This document shows, one piece after another, positions 7,629-16,660 of a stretch of DNA of 31,793 nucleotides. A model generated the notes under the pieces. That model saw nothing but the letters and a program-made list of their open reading frames with translations. It did not search any database and had not been told where the DNA came from. Numbering within the stretch: the stretch's first letter is position 1; every line of letters starts with the position of its first letter. The stretch is from Gemmatimonadaceae bacterium. GTDB taxonomy: Bacteria; Gemmatimonadota; Gemmatimonadetes; Gemmatimonadales; Gemmatimonadaceae. The stretch is from assembly GCA_035559375.1 (NCBI GenBank), contig DATMBI010000150.1, positions 1 to 31,793 on the forward strand. The letters are read 5' to 3'. The position numbers and the translations under genes are program-made.

Positions 7629-9619
7629 CTGCAGGTGCGACATACCTGATTCCCTTTGAGGAATTCAAGCGCGTTAATACCGCCCCATTAGGCAAAGATG
7701 AGCGACTGGCTCTCATTGCTGACATGTGCCGGCTTAACGCACTGTCAGCGGTCAAGCGCGCCGGGTCCGGACACTTAGGGTCGAGTTTCAGCGCAATGGA
7801 TATCATGGTGCTGCTGTATCACGATCTGCTGAATGTCCGGAGCCTGGGCGTCTCGAACCCTCATCGCGACATCTTTCTCTCGTCCAAGGGGCACGACGTA
7901 CCCGCCCAGTACAGCGTACTGTTTTCCCTCGGCATCGTGTCACGCGAAAAGCTGCTGCGCCTACGCCGCCTAGACGGACTGGAGGGCCACCCCAACGTGC
8001 AAGTCCCTGGGATCGAAGCCAACACTGGGTCACTCGGAATGGGGATCTCGAAGGGACGAGGATTCGCGGTCGCGAAACGGCTGTTGAATCTGGGCGGTCG
8101 GGTGGTTGTCATGACAGGCGATGGCGAATTGCAGGAAGGTCAGGTTTATGAAGCATTGCAGACTACGGTACACCAGAAGGTCGGTATCACGGTCGTTGTG
8201 GACCACAACCAGCTACAGTCTGACAGGCCAGTGGTCGAGATCACCAACCTCGGGGATGTGGTTGCGAAACTCGGTGCATTCGGATGGCATGTCGAACGAT
8301 GCGATGGGCACGATTTTCCGGGCCTGAGGAGGGCGTTCGAACGGTGTTTCGCGCTGGCGGGTCAGCCTGGGATCATTGTCGCGGATACCGTGAAGGGTCG
8401 GGGCGTGTCGTTCATGGAGGGGCCGGCGGCTCTCCGGGAAGGACGGGGGACTTACAAATGGCACGCCGGCGCACCGGATGACGAGTCATTCCTTCGCGCA
8501 CACGACGAGCTTGTCGGTCGGATCATGGAACGGTGCGCTCGCGGCAACCTTGCGCCCGTTGAAGTCGAGCCCATTCCCTTGGAGCGAAAGCCGTCAACGG
8601 TCAGTGAGGAATACGTGGTGGAGGCCTTCGGGCGACGACTCGTTGAGCTGGCCGCCCGGCGGCCGGATCTCGTGGTCCTCGATGGCGACTTGGCGGCGGA
8701 CTGCCGTGTGCGGTATTTCGAGCTTGAGGTGCCTGCCCGGTTCATCGAGAACGGGATTGCCGAGCAGGACATGGTTTCGATGGCTGGTGCTTTGGCGCGG
8801 CAGGGGTTGCTTCCGGTCGTGAACAGCTTTGCCAGCTTCCTTGCCGCGCGGGCGAACGAGCAGATCTACAACAACGTGACCGAACGCTCCAAGGTGATTT
8901 ATGCCTGCCACTTTGGGGGGCTCATCCCCGCCGGACCTGGCCCATCTCACCAGAGTGTCCGAGACATTTCTCTGCTAAGCGCGCTCCCGGGTGTGACCAT
9001 CGTGGAACCGTGCAACGCCGTGGAGACCACGCGACTGCTCGACTGGTGCGTAGACGACGCCGCAGCATCGTGCGTCATCCGCCTGGCGATTGGGCCGTGT
9101 CCGCGAAGGATCACACTACCGGAGGACTATCGCCCGCTGCTCGGCGTGGGCACACTGCTCCGCCGAGGAACGGACGTCTTAGCCTTCTCCTATGGACCGG
9201 TGATGTTGCATGAGGTGTTGACAGCCGCCGAGAGTCTGGACGCTCAGGGTCTGAGCGTGGCTGTTGTGAACATGCCGTGGCTCAACGTGGTGGATCGATC
9301 CTGGCTGAGGGCCTTGGTGTCGTCATATGAGATCATCGTCACGATTGAGGACCATTCGTCAGTTGGCGGACTGGGGGACGCCATGTTGCGAACTCTCGCC
9401 GAGGAGGATTTGTTGCGCCGCCGGCGACACTGGACATTCGGATGTGACGACATCCCGGTGTGCGGTGCGCCCGGCGAGGTACTGAATCGGCATCGGCTCG
9501 ATGCATCATCAATTGCGCGCCGATTGGTTGCGATCGCTGAAACCGCAGGTCGCGTTCACACCCTGCCAGGCGTTGCCCGCGTCGGGTCGGAAGATGCGGC
9601 TGACGCCCCCATTGGGTAG
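7625..9619 (+). CDS. Transketolase-family TPP enzyme with fused N-, pyrimidine-binding and C-terminal domains
   Basis: SGHLGSSFS, SKGH, LEGHP, TGSLGMG, TPP motif GDGELQEG...N, TVKGRG, WHAGAP, GIAEQ, HQS, IEDHSSVGGLG. Confidence 0.9.
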   Translation: MTAGATYLIPFEEFKRVNTAPLGKDERLALIADMCRLNALSAVKRAGSGHLGSSFSAMDIMVLLYHDLLNVRSLGVSNPHRDIFLSSKGHDVPAQYSVLFSLGIVSREKLLRLRRLDGLEGHPNVQVPGIEANTGSLGMGISKGRGFAVAKRLLNLGGRVVVMTGDGELQEGQVYEALQTTVHQKVGITVVVDHNQLQSDRPVVEITNLGDVVAKLGAFGWHVERCDGHDFPGLRRAFERCFALAGQPGIIVADTVKGRGVSFMEGPAALREGRGTYKWHAGAPDDESFLRAHDELVGRIMERCARGNLAPVEVEPIPLERKPSTVSEEYVVEAFGRRLVELAARRPDLVVLDGDLAADCRVRYFELEVPARFIENGIAEQDMVSMAGALARQGLLPVVNSFASFLAARANEQIYNNVTERSKVIYACHFGGLIPAGPGPSHQSVRDISLLSALPGVTIVEPCNAVETTRLLDWCVDDAAASCVIRLAIGPCPRRITLPEDYRPLLGVGTLLRRGTDVLAFSYGPVMLHEVLTAAESLDAQGLSVAVVNMPWLNVVDRSWLRALVSSYEIIVTIEDHSSVGGLGDAMLRTLAEEDLLRRRRHWTFGCDDIPVCGAPGEVLNRHRLDASSIARRLVAIAETAGRVHTLPGVARVGSEDAADAPIG

Positions 9620-9640
9620 GACCGCTCACGTCGCACCTCA

Positions 9641-11119
9641 TTACGATGACTGGTTCGTTAGTCCGAGCCGTTCTGATGTCCGTCCCGCAGCGGTACGCTC
9701 GTTCGGGATGGGCTCGACCATGCGCCAACTCAGGAACTCCCGGGACTGTGGCTCCAGCTTCAGAATCGCTCCGACATACCCGATAATGCCGACCACCCCT
9801 GCCGCCGCGACGGCGACAGGGGTGGATGCCAGTTTGGCGATTCCGGTCAATGCTGCGGCAAGGATAACGCCAAGTCCAAGGGCTGGCGCTACGGCACGCA
9901 TGTGATCGCGGCCCGAGAAGCCCAACAGCCTGTGACACATCCCGACTACGATCGGGGTACCGACGACATGCGCAGTAGCAAAGCCAATCGTAGAACCCGT
10001 CAGCCCCCAGTGACCTCCGCCCAAGAGCCCAGCCAGTGTTAGGCCGGTAATGATGATCGACCACCCTAGCATCGATCCGGGGTGCCCGAGGCCCTTCATC
10101 AGCTGTCCGGCCGGAGAAAAGAATCCCCTGCAGACAGCCGCAACGCCGAGCCAAAGGAACAAGGGCCCGGCCGCATTCCAGCGGCTGCCGAGCAACGCCG
10201 GTACGAGCCTCGGTGCCAAGATGCCGCCTGCCACGGCGATCGGAACGGTCGCCGCAACCGAGAGTTTGATGATGGTCCTGTACTGCATCGCGACTGCAGG
10301 AGGGTCATGCTGAGCTCGTGCCACGGTAGGGAAAAAGTAGACACCCATTGCACCGATGATCGTGGCCACTGGCTGCAGCATGATGCGGGACGCGAGGCTG
10401 TAGTACCCGACAGCGATCGTGCCAAAAAGGCGGCCAATGATGAGCCGGTCGAGATTCTGTGCAGCAGCCTTGAACACGTTGAACGCCAGTACGTTGGCGC
10501 CAAACCCCCACAGGTCCCGAATTGCTGACTTGGAAACGAGCGCGAAGGAGGGGCGCCACGAGCTGAGCTGCCACAGGAGAGCCGATCCCACGCCTGCTGC
10601 GACGAGGTTCACTGCCACTAAGCTCCACACGCCCCCGCCGCTCGCGGCGATGGCGATACCAGAGAGCCCACCGACGCCGTTTGCTATAAGATCGCGGACA
10701 GCGAGAGGTCGAAATCTCAGCTCACGTTGCGCCAACGCGGCGTGGGTAAGACCGAACGCCCGCAGGAGGAAGCCAACCGAAAGGCTAGCCAAGACGGGCT
10801 GGAGGCGGGGCTCGTGGACGAAAACGGCGGCTGGCCAAGAAACCACTAACCCAGCCAGCGAGAGCACACCACCGAGGGCGAGGTTGGTGACGAACGTACT
10901 GCTAGCGTGAGCCGGATCCAGTGAACGACGTTGAATGAGCGCCGCTCCCAGTCCCAATTCCGCGAAGGCTCCGAGGAACGCGGTCCACACGGTGGCGAGA
11001 CCGAGCAACCCAAAGTCTGCTGGCGACAGAAGGGCTGCCAGTGTCAGATAGATAACGAAGGTGAGCGCCTGCCCCCCAACGTGCTGAAGAAGTGCCCAGA
11101 TCACGGCGGCAGAAGCCAC
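9641..11119 (-). CDS. wzx: Wzx polysaccharide flippase (MOP family, WzxC-like)
   Basis: About 12-14 hydrophobic helices, LLSPADFGL, ELGLGAALIQR, ELRFRPLA, NLDRLIIGRLFG..AVGYY. The 5' start is uncertain. Confidence 0.9.
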   Translation of the reverse strand: MASAAVIWALLQHVGGQALTFVIYLTLAALLSPADFGLLGLATVWTAFLGAFAELGLGAALIQRRSLDPAHASSTFVTNLALGGVLSLAGLVVSWPAAVFVHEPRLQPVLASLSVGFLLRAFGLTHAALAQRELRFRPLAVRDLIANGVGGLSGIAIAASGGGVWSLVAVNLVAAGVGSALLWQLSSWRPSFALVSKSAIRDLWGFGANVLAFNVFKAAAQNLDRLIIGRLFGTIAVGYYSLASRIMLQPVATIIGAMGVYFFPTVARAQHDPPAVAMQYRTIIKLSVAATVPIAVAGGILAPRLVPALLGSRWNAAGPLFLWLGVAAVCRGFFSPAGQLMKGLGHPGSMLGWSIIITGLTLAGLLGGGHWGLTGSTIGFATAHVVGTPIVVGMCHRLLGFSGRDHMRAVAPALGLGVILAAALTGIAKLASTPVAVAAAGVVGIIGYVGAILKLEPQSREFLSWRMVEPIPNERTAAGRTSERLGLTNQSS

Positions 11120-11171
11120 GGAGCCATGACGGCGCGCCGTGCGCGGACCGGGGCACTCGCTGTCTGGCGGA

Positions 11172-11906
11172 TCATTCCGATCTGACAGCTGTCGCGAGGA
11201 GGTCCACTGTGACCACTCGTGGCCATGCCGCTACTTCTGCGGCAAGCATCATGCGGTAGACGAACTGGACAATGCACCAGGCTATTGTGCGAAACGGCGC
11301 TAGCGGGCCCAGGAAAATGGGCCTTACCGGGCGACAGTGAACTGCTGTAAACCCGGCGACGTGGAGGACTTGGCTGATGCTGGCCTCAGTAAAGGCTAGC
11401 TCGTGCGTAAAGTCCCCGTAGCGGATGCGTCCGGCGAACGGGGACTGACCGTTGGGGACCTGGATGATCACGCGTCCGCCAGGACGTAGGGCGTTGTGAA
11501 CAAGCTCGAGAATGGCTAGAATCTCCGTCTTTGTGAAATGCTCCAACACGTTGCGCAGAACGACGACATCCCAGTTCTCGGTCTGCTTGGCGAGAAACCT
11601 CTCGAGCGGATCGTTACTCAGGTTTCGGACCCCGAGGCTCGCGGCGATGGCCGTCTGCTCGCCACTGACTTCTACTCCAGCAGCGTTGATGTAGCCGATT
11701 TGCTGGAGCCACCACAGGAGGGCGCCATCGCCGGATCCGACGTCGAGAATGCGAGCTCGGCGGTCGGGGGGTAGCCACCGAGAAAAGTGGGCTCGCCACG
11801 TCCGGGCAAGGCGCCGAGCCCGTTGGAGCGTAAGGGTCCCTTTCCGCGGTACCGTCTGAGTGCTGGCGTACCGCTCGTAGAACCGGCTGCGATAGTCCGC
11901 TGTCAC
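11172..11906 (-). CDS. Class I SAM-dependent methyltransferase
   Basis: ILDVGSGDG motif I, GVEVS, NVLEHF, LRPGGRVIIQVPN, YGDFTHE. GTGA overlap with the upstream GT4 stop. Confidence 0.88.
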   Translation of the reverse strand: MTADYRSRFYERYASTQTVPRKGTLTLQRARRLARTWRAHFSRWLPPDRRARILDVGSGDGALLWWLQQIGYINAAGVEVSGEQTAIAASLGVRNLSNDPLERFLAKQTENWDVVVLRNVLEHFTKTEILAILELVHNALRPGGRVIIQVPNGQSPFAGRIRYGDFTHELAFTEASISQVLHVAGFTAVHCRPVRPIFLGPLAPFRTIAWCIVQFVYRMMLAAEVAAWPRVVTVDLLATAVRSE

Positions 11907-13168
11907 GTGTGATCTCTGGGCACCGTGCCCAGGTGCTGTGTGGTCGCAACCCGTCGAAAGAGGCGTTCGATCGCCGAGTTGGTGCGCGAGATGTCAAAGT
12001 GTGTTTTCACTCGTTCCGCTCCGCGGCGCCCCATGGTCCGGGCAGTTGCGGGATCCGTGAGCAAGCGAACGACCGCGGCCTCGAGTGCCTGCGGATCTCC
12101 CGGCGGGACGAGGATGCCGGTCTCCCCGTCAACCACAATTTCCGGGATTCCTCCCACCCGCGCCGCGACGACTGGTCGAGCGGTAGCCATGGCCTCCAGA
12201 GCAGCAAGGCTGCCACACGCTCGAGGCCCTAACGTGGGGACCATCACCACGTCGGATGCCGCAAGGTATGCGGGCAGATCTCGCTCCGGGACGTCCACGG
12301 CGAGGCGGAGTCGATTGCGGGTCTGGGCAGCTGCTCGCTCCACCGTCGTTCGGAGGGGCCCGGTGGCCCCCGCAATCAGCACACACGCCTCGGGCGAGGA
12401 CGCCAGGATGTTGGGCGCGGCATCAAGAACGGTCTCCAGACCCATGTCTGGCGCAAGCCGACCGAGAAACAGTACGACTCGGCTTTCGGGGTTGAGCCGA
12501 AGGCGAGAGCGGGGGCTCGGCCCTCGGGCGGCTGCCGCAAACCGCTCGATGTGTGTCCCGTATGGAATGACCTCAACGGACGGAGACAGTCCGAAGAGCC
12601 GATAGCTCTGAGCGCAGTGGCGAGAAAGCGACGTCAAGGTGGCCGTCTGGGTAAGGTACTCCAGGAACGGTCGATGAGCTTCCATAAGCGCCCGGTGACT
12701 GTATGCCTCGCCAAAGTTGGAGACGACGAGGGGTACGCCAAGCGTTTCGCTCACCATCGCGCCTACTGGTGCTCCAAACAGCACGTTGTATGCGGCAACC
12801 AGTCGGATCCGCTGCGATCGCAGCGTCGGCTCGATCAAGGCGAAGCGGGTCATGGCGCGCCACCAGGCGCGGCTCGGCATCATCCGGCGGAATCCCAGCA
12901 CTGCTTGCATGTAGCCGAAACGCCGAGCTCGAAGCAGAAGCTGCAGAGGAGAGCAGCGTCGCCTTACAAACCCACGGCTCTCCCGAATGACGGTCAGGTA
13001 GGGACGTTGGAAGCTCGTTCCAATTCCTGGGGAAAGCACCAAGACGTTCCACCCTGCCGCAACCAGTGTCGGCGTAAGCTCCTCTAGGTGCCTCGGCACC
13101 CCGCCGTACGGCGGCGGGTAGTTGCCGATGATGAGGATGGTGTCCCGGGCGTCTGCCGTGGTCGTCAT
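11903..13168 (-). CDS. Glycosyltransferase family 4
   Basis: ILIIGNYPPPYGGV N-terminus, LFLGRL, ALEAMATARPVVAARVGGIPEIVVDGETGILVPPGD. Start set at ATG 13168. Confidence 0.9.
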   Translation of the reverse strand: MTTTADARDTILIIGNYPPPYGGVPRHLEELTPTLVAAGWNVLVLSPGIGTSFQRPYLTVIRESRGFVRRRCSPLQLLLRARRFGYMQAVLGFRRMMPSRAWWRAMTRFALIEPTLRSQRIRLVAAYNVLFGAPVGAMVSETLGVPLVVSNFGEAYSHRALMEAHRPFLEYLTQTATLTSLSRHCAQSYRLFGLSPSVEVIPYGTHIERFAAAARGPSPRSRLRLNPESRVVLFLGRLAPDMGLETVLDAAPNILASSPEACVLIAGATGPLRTTVERAAAQTRNRLRLAVDVPERDLPAYLAASDVVMVPTLGPRACGSLAALEAMATARPVVAARVGGIPEIVVDGETGILVPPGDPQALEAAVVRLLTDPATARTMGRRGAERVKTHFDISRTNSAIERLFRRVATTQHLGTVPRDHT

Positions 13169-13295
13169 GGCCGGGTCACGTGCAGCCGAACGTCGACACG
13201 CTTCACGCCTCTCGCTCGTCGCGACTGTCCAGCGTATGCTGATCGGGTTTGCACAAGCCGTGTCTTGATCCGCATCCGACCAGAGCATCTGCTCG

Positions 13296-14375
13296 TCACT
13301 CGAGTTCCGCTGCGAGATCCAAGATCTCACGGGCGGCGCGCTCCCATCGGAACGTTTGGGCCCGCTCAAAGCCGCGACGACGGTATTCCTGACGAATGGC
13401 GTCGTCCAGCGCGAATTGGCGGATCGCCTGCGCTAGCCCACGAGCATCAGCCGGATCGACATAGATGGCAGCGTCACCACACACTTCGGGTAGAGAGGCG
13501 GCGCGCGCGACGATGGTGGGGCACCCACATGCCATCGCTTCGAGAGGGGGAAGGCCGAAGCCCTCGTACCGAGAGGGGAACACGAGGCAAGTGGCGTGCT
13601 CAAGAAGTGCCCTTAATTCGGCGTCATCGACTCGTCCAACAGACAGGGCACCAGCGGCAGGGGTCTGGTCTGCGAAGACACGGGCGTTCTGCGCGCCCAC
13701 GATTACGAGAGCGCATTCGACTGTTCCCAGGCACTCCATCGCGCGCACGACGAGATCGAGGTTCTTGTGTGGGCGATGGCTGCCAACCGCCAAAACGTAC
13801 CGGCGGTTGAACAGCCCGAATTCCTCGAGCACGCGCGGGTTGGCCGGCCTTGACAGAATATGATCACAGCCGCCCGGAACGACATGAATGCGCTCCTGCG
13901 GGATGCCTGCGAGGCGAGAAAGTTCGTTGCGAGAGAACATGGAGTCCGTTACGACCATGCGCGCCGCCCGACCAAGCTGCGGCAAGAGGAGCCGGTACCA
14001 CGCGCGGAAAGCCTTGGAGTACGTTTCCGGTACGGCAAATACGGACGCGTCATGGATCGTCACGATTTGGCGCGGATGCAGCAGTGGTCCAGTGTTTGCA
14101 AAGCTCATCAGAGTGCCGTGGCGTGCGTGCCAGGGTAGCTCGATCTGCTCCCACGCGTGCCCATTCTGGCGACCCACGCGCTCGACCTTCATTCGTCCAA
14201 ATCCATCAATGAGTGTACAACTGCGCGGTGCGACCACGGTAACCTCATGCTTGCCAGGCCCTTCCGCGGTCAGCAGACGGTCCAGGGCCCCGGTCAACTC
14301 TCTCGCATAGCGCTGGACGCCGGTGACGGCTTGGGAGAAGAACCGGCCGTTCACATACAGCTGGCCAGCGATCAT
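13296..14375 (-). CDS. Glycosyltransferase family 4 (WbpY/mannosyltransferase-like)
   Basis: YVNGRFFSQAVTGVQRYA, IHDASVF, PHKNL, FPSRYEGFGLPPLEAMACG. Abuts the upstream stop (TGAATG). Confidence 0.92.
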   Translation of the reverse strand: MIAGQLYVNGRFFSQAVTGVQRYARELTGALDRLLTAEGPGKHEVTVVAPRSCTLIDGFGRMKVERVGRQNGHAWEQIELPWHARHGTLMSFANTGPLLHPRQIVTIHDASVFAVPETYSKAFRAWYRLLLPQLGRAARMVVTDSMFSRNELSRLAGIPQERIHVVPGGCDHILSRPANPRVLEEFGLFNRRYVLAVGSHRPHKNLDLVVRAMECLGTVECALVIVGAQNARVFADQTPAAGALSVGRVDDAELRALLEHATCLVFPSRYEGFGLPPLEAMACGCPTIVARAASLPEVCGDAAIYVDPADARGLAQAIRQFALDDAIRQEYRRRGFERAQTFRWERAAREILDLAAELE

Positions 14376-15734
14376 TCAGCCGAGTCCCTCATCTGTGACG
14401 ATAGCGCCACCCACAGCGGACGTGTACAACCATTGCATAAGCAAGAAATATGCGGCGCCCATGTAGCTCGAGAACGACGCGTTGAATACGGACGATGTGA
14501 GATACGCGAGGGTCACGCCCGTGGCACAGAACCCGATGCGAGCGCGTTGGCGATCATCGGCACCCATTAGCGCGAACACCCTGCGGAATCCGAAGAAGAG
14601 AGCGAACACAAAGGTGAACGGAAACAACACGGAGTATCCGACAGCGAAGAGGAAGTAGTTATTGTGCGGGACGAGCGCATTGGGATTGTAGGAGGTTGCG
14701 ACTGACGCTGGTCCGAGACCTTCGGGATGGAATCGAATCAGCTCGATTGAGACGCTCCAGGCAGTGGCCATGCGCTCTCGTACGGTCTCCGCCTCCCAAA
14801 AACGAAACGCCTCTGCGAGGCGTCGCAGAGCCAGTGTCTCGGAGTCGAGAAAGAGGGCGGGTACGACCCAAAACAAAGAGAGGAAGAGAGCGAGTAGCCC
14901 CACACCAACGACGAATCGGGCCGGGTTTGCCCGCGCCCCGTGAATCAATGTGACGCCGAGCCAGGTGGATGCCAGAACGATGCCGGACATCATGATCGGT
15001 GTACGGTCTGGGAGGAGTACGTCCACGACCACGAGACTGAGGAGCACCATCCAGGTACCGACGCGCTCTCGGGGAGGAACGAGGTCCCGAAGGACGAATA
15101 GTCCGACCCCCAGGATGTGGACCACAATCTGGTATTCCGCAAACGACGCGAATGTCGCGAACGGCCGGATTAGATTGGCTTGGTAGAGGTTTCTCGCTTC
15201 CCAGGATTCCATTTGCGCCCTGACGTACGCCATATCCCAAGGCGGCAGCGTGAGTTCTTGGGTCAGGAAATGCACGCCCTGGAACAGTGCATACATCTGG
15301 ACCAGGAGGAGCGCTCCGAGGACGGCGTTCGCGGGAAACTGGTGGCCGGCGAAGATGAGAAGGAATACAAAGCCAATGAAGAATTGCTTGACACCGAAGA
15401 TGCTCGCCAGCGGATCCCCGTAAAGTACCCCCAGTAGCGTCACAACGATCAGCGCCCCAGCCGCCCAGATTGCGAGGGGCTGGTCGCGACCCCGCGCCAC
15501 AGCCATGAGTACTCGTACGGCGACCGCCAGCCCCATGAGGCCATAGTAGAGATTCGTGAACAAGGCCAGGCCCAGATAGTACGCCGTGAGGCGATCCAGC
15601 AGCGCGTTGAAGAAGAAGAGCCAGAGAATGGCAAGCAGGAGCCATCTGTGGGCACGCTCGACAGCCGCGCCTGCTGCGGCTCTCTGGGCGGTGGGCCACA
15701 GGGTACCCACCGCGAGGTGGGGTGCGCCCATCAT
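14376..15734 (-). CDS. Putative Wzy/O-antigen ligase-like polymerase (polytopic membrane protein)
   Basis: About 10-11 TM segments, RPFATF, periplasmic R...W...P.GLG...PHNNYF motif typical of Wzy_C/WaaL. ATGA-coupled, and sits among GTs and wzx. Confidence 0.7.
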   Translation of the reverse strand: MMGAPHLAVGTLWPTAQRAAAGAAVERAHRWLLLAILWLFFFNALLDRLTAYYLGLALFTNLYYGLMGLAVAVRVLMAVARGRDQPLAIWAAGALIVVTLLGVLYGDPLASIFGVKQFFIGFVFLLIFAGHQFPANAVLGALLLVQMYALFQGVHFLTQELTLPPWDMAYVRAQMESWEARNLYQANLIRPFATFASFAEYQIVVHILGVGLFVLRDLVPPRERVGTWMVLLSLVVVDVLLPDRTPIMMSGIVLASTWLGVTLIHGARANPARFVVGVGLLALFLSLFWVVPALFLDSETLALRRLAEAFRFWEAETVRERMATAWSVSIELIRFHPEGLGPASVATSYNPNALVPHNNYFLFAVGYSVLFPFTFVFALFFGFRRVFALMGADDRQRARIGFCATGVTLAYLTSSVFNASFSSYMGAAYFLLMQWLYTSAVGGAIVTDEGLG

Positions 15735-16660
15735 CGCCGTGAGCGAGACGCCGCTGGATTATTATCGCTCAAACGTTCAGCCATGACGAAGATGTTGGCG
15801 CCGAACTCCGTCTGTGTTATGGACTGTCGAACCATGGCCACGATTCTATCGCCCCATCTGTGCCAAATGTGTGCCGGGACTTGCGGAACACGGCCTAGCC
15901 CGTTGGGTCCGAGTAATCGAAACATGCGGTACCAAAAAGTGAACTGCCCGGGCTGGTACTGACGGACCAAAACGGGACGGAATCTGCAACGCCGGAGCCG
16001 GGACATCCACTCCTCCTCGCTCAAGAGGTTTAGGTGGAACGATTCCCGGTTGATCCGGTCGCTCGCTGCTGCGCCAAAGTAGAACTGCAGGTGTTCGGTG
16101 TAGCGCCGCACGGGTACCGTGAAGGCCAGGACCCCCGACGGGGCGAGTATTCGCGCTAACTCGGCAAGGATAGCGTCAAGGGCCGCTACGTGCTCCAACA
16201 CGGAGTTGGAGAAAACCGACTGGACAACCCTGTCCGGGAGTGGAATGTGGCAATCAGTCGAATTGACGAGCTGGCGATAGATGCCCCATCGGCTGGCAAG
16301 TGCAAGGGCTGTCGCATCTGTGTCGACACCGAATTCGACCTCTCGAAGAAGAACTGAGGCGAAAGAGCCGTCGCCGGTACCAAAATCTAGCCGGGGCGGC
16401 GGAAGTCGGTCGAGATACTTGCGAAAAAGTGATAGCTCCTGCGCTCTCCAGAAGCTGTGGGCGAAACTACGATATCGTGCATACAGAATCTCGTCGTCGC
16501 ACCAGAGCAGTTCCAGTGGTTCTGGGTCACGAAGATGGATGCCCGTCTTGTCTTGGCCCGGCGACCGAACGGTCGGATGCCGAGGTCGCCTTCTCAGCGC
16601 AAGGAGAGTGTCGAGCGCAGTGCTAGCCCACCCGGTGGCGCGGAGCAGCCGCTCGCTCAT
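15731..16660 (-). CDS. Class I SAM-dependent methyltransferase
   Basis: LDFGTGDG, GVD, FSNSVLEHV, ILAPSGVLAFTVP. ATGA overlaps at both ends. Confidence 0.85.
   Translation of the reverse strand: MSERLLRATGWASTALDTLLALRRRPRHPTVRSPGQDKTGIHLRDPEPLELLWCDDEILYARYRSFAHSFWRAQELSLFRKYLDRLPPPRLDFGTGDGSFASVLLREVEFGVDTDATALALASRWGIYRQLVNSTDCHIPLPDRVVQSVFSNSVLEHVAALDAILAELARILAPSGVLAFTVPVRRYTEHLQFYFGAAASDRINRESFHLNLLSEEEWMSRLRRCRFRPVLVRQYQPGQFTFWYRMFRLLGPNGLGRVPQVPAHIWHRWGDRIVAMVRQSITQTEFGANIFVMAERLSDNNPAASRSRR

Noticed and set aside
7625-9619. 1-deoxy-D-xylulose-5-phosphate synthase (dxs) call
   Set aside because: N-terminal motifs (SGHLGSS, SKGH, GHP, TGSLGMG, GDGELQEG) are transketolase-type, and the context is polysaccharide rather than isoprenoid synthesis.
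14659-15699. 346-aa minus-strand ORF and other long alternative-frame ORFs (e.g. 18962-20017, 9339-10154, 24498 extension, 26757-27419)
   Set aside because: Arg/Pro/Gly-rich shadow frames over well-supported genes, as expected in high-GC DNA; no recognisable motifs.
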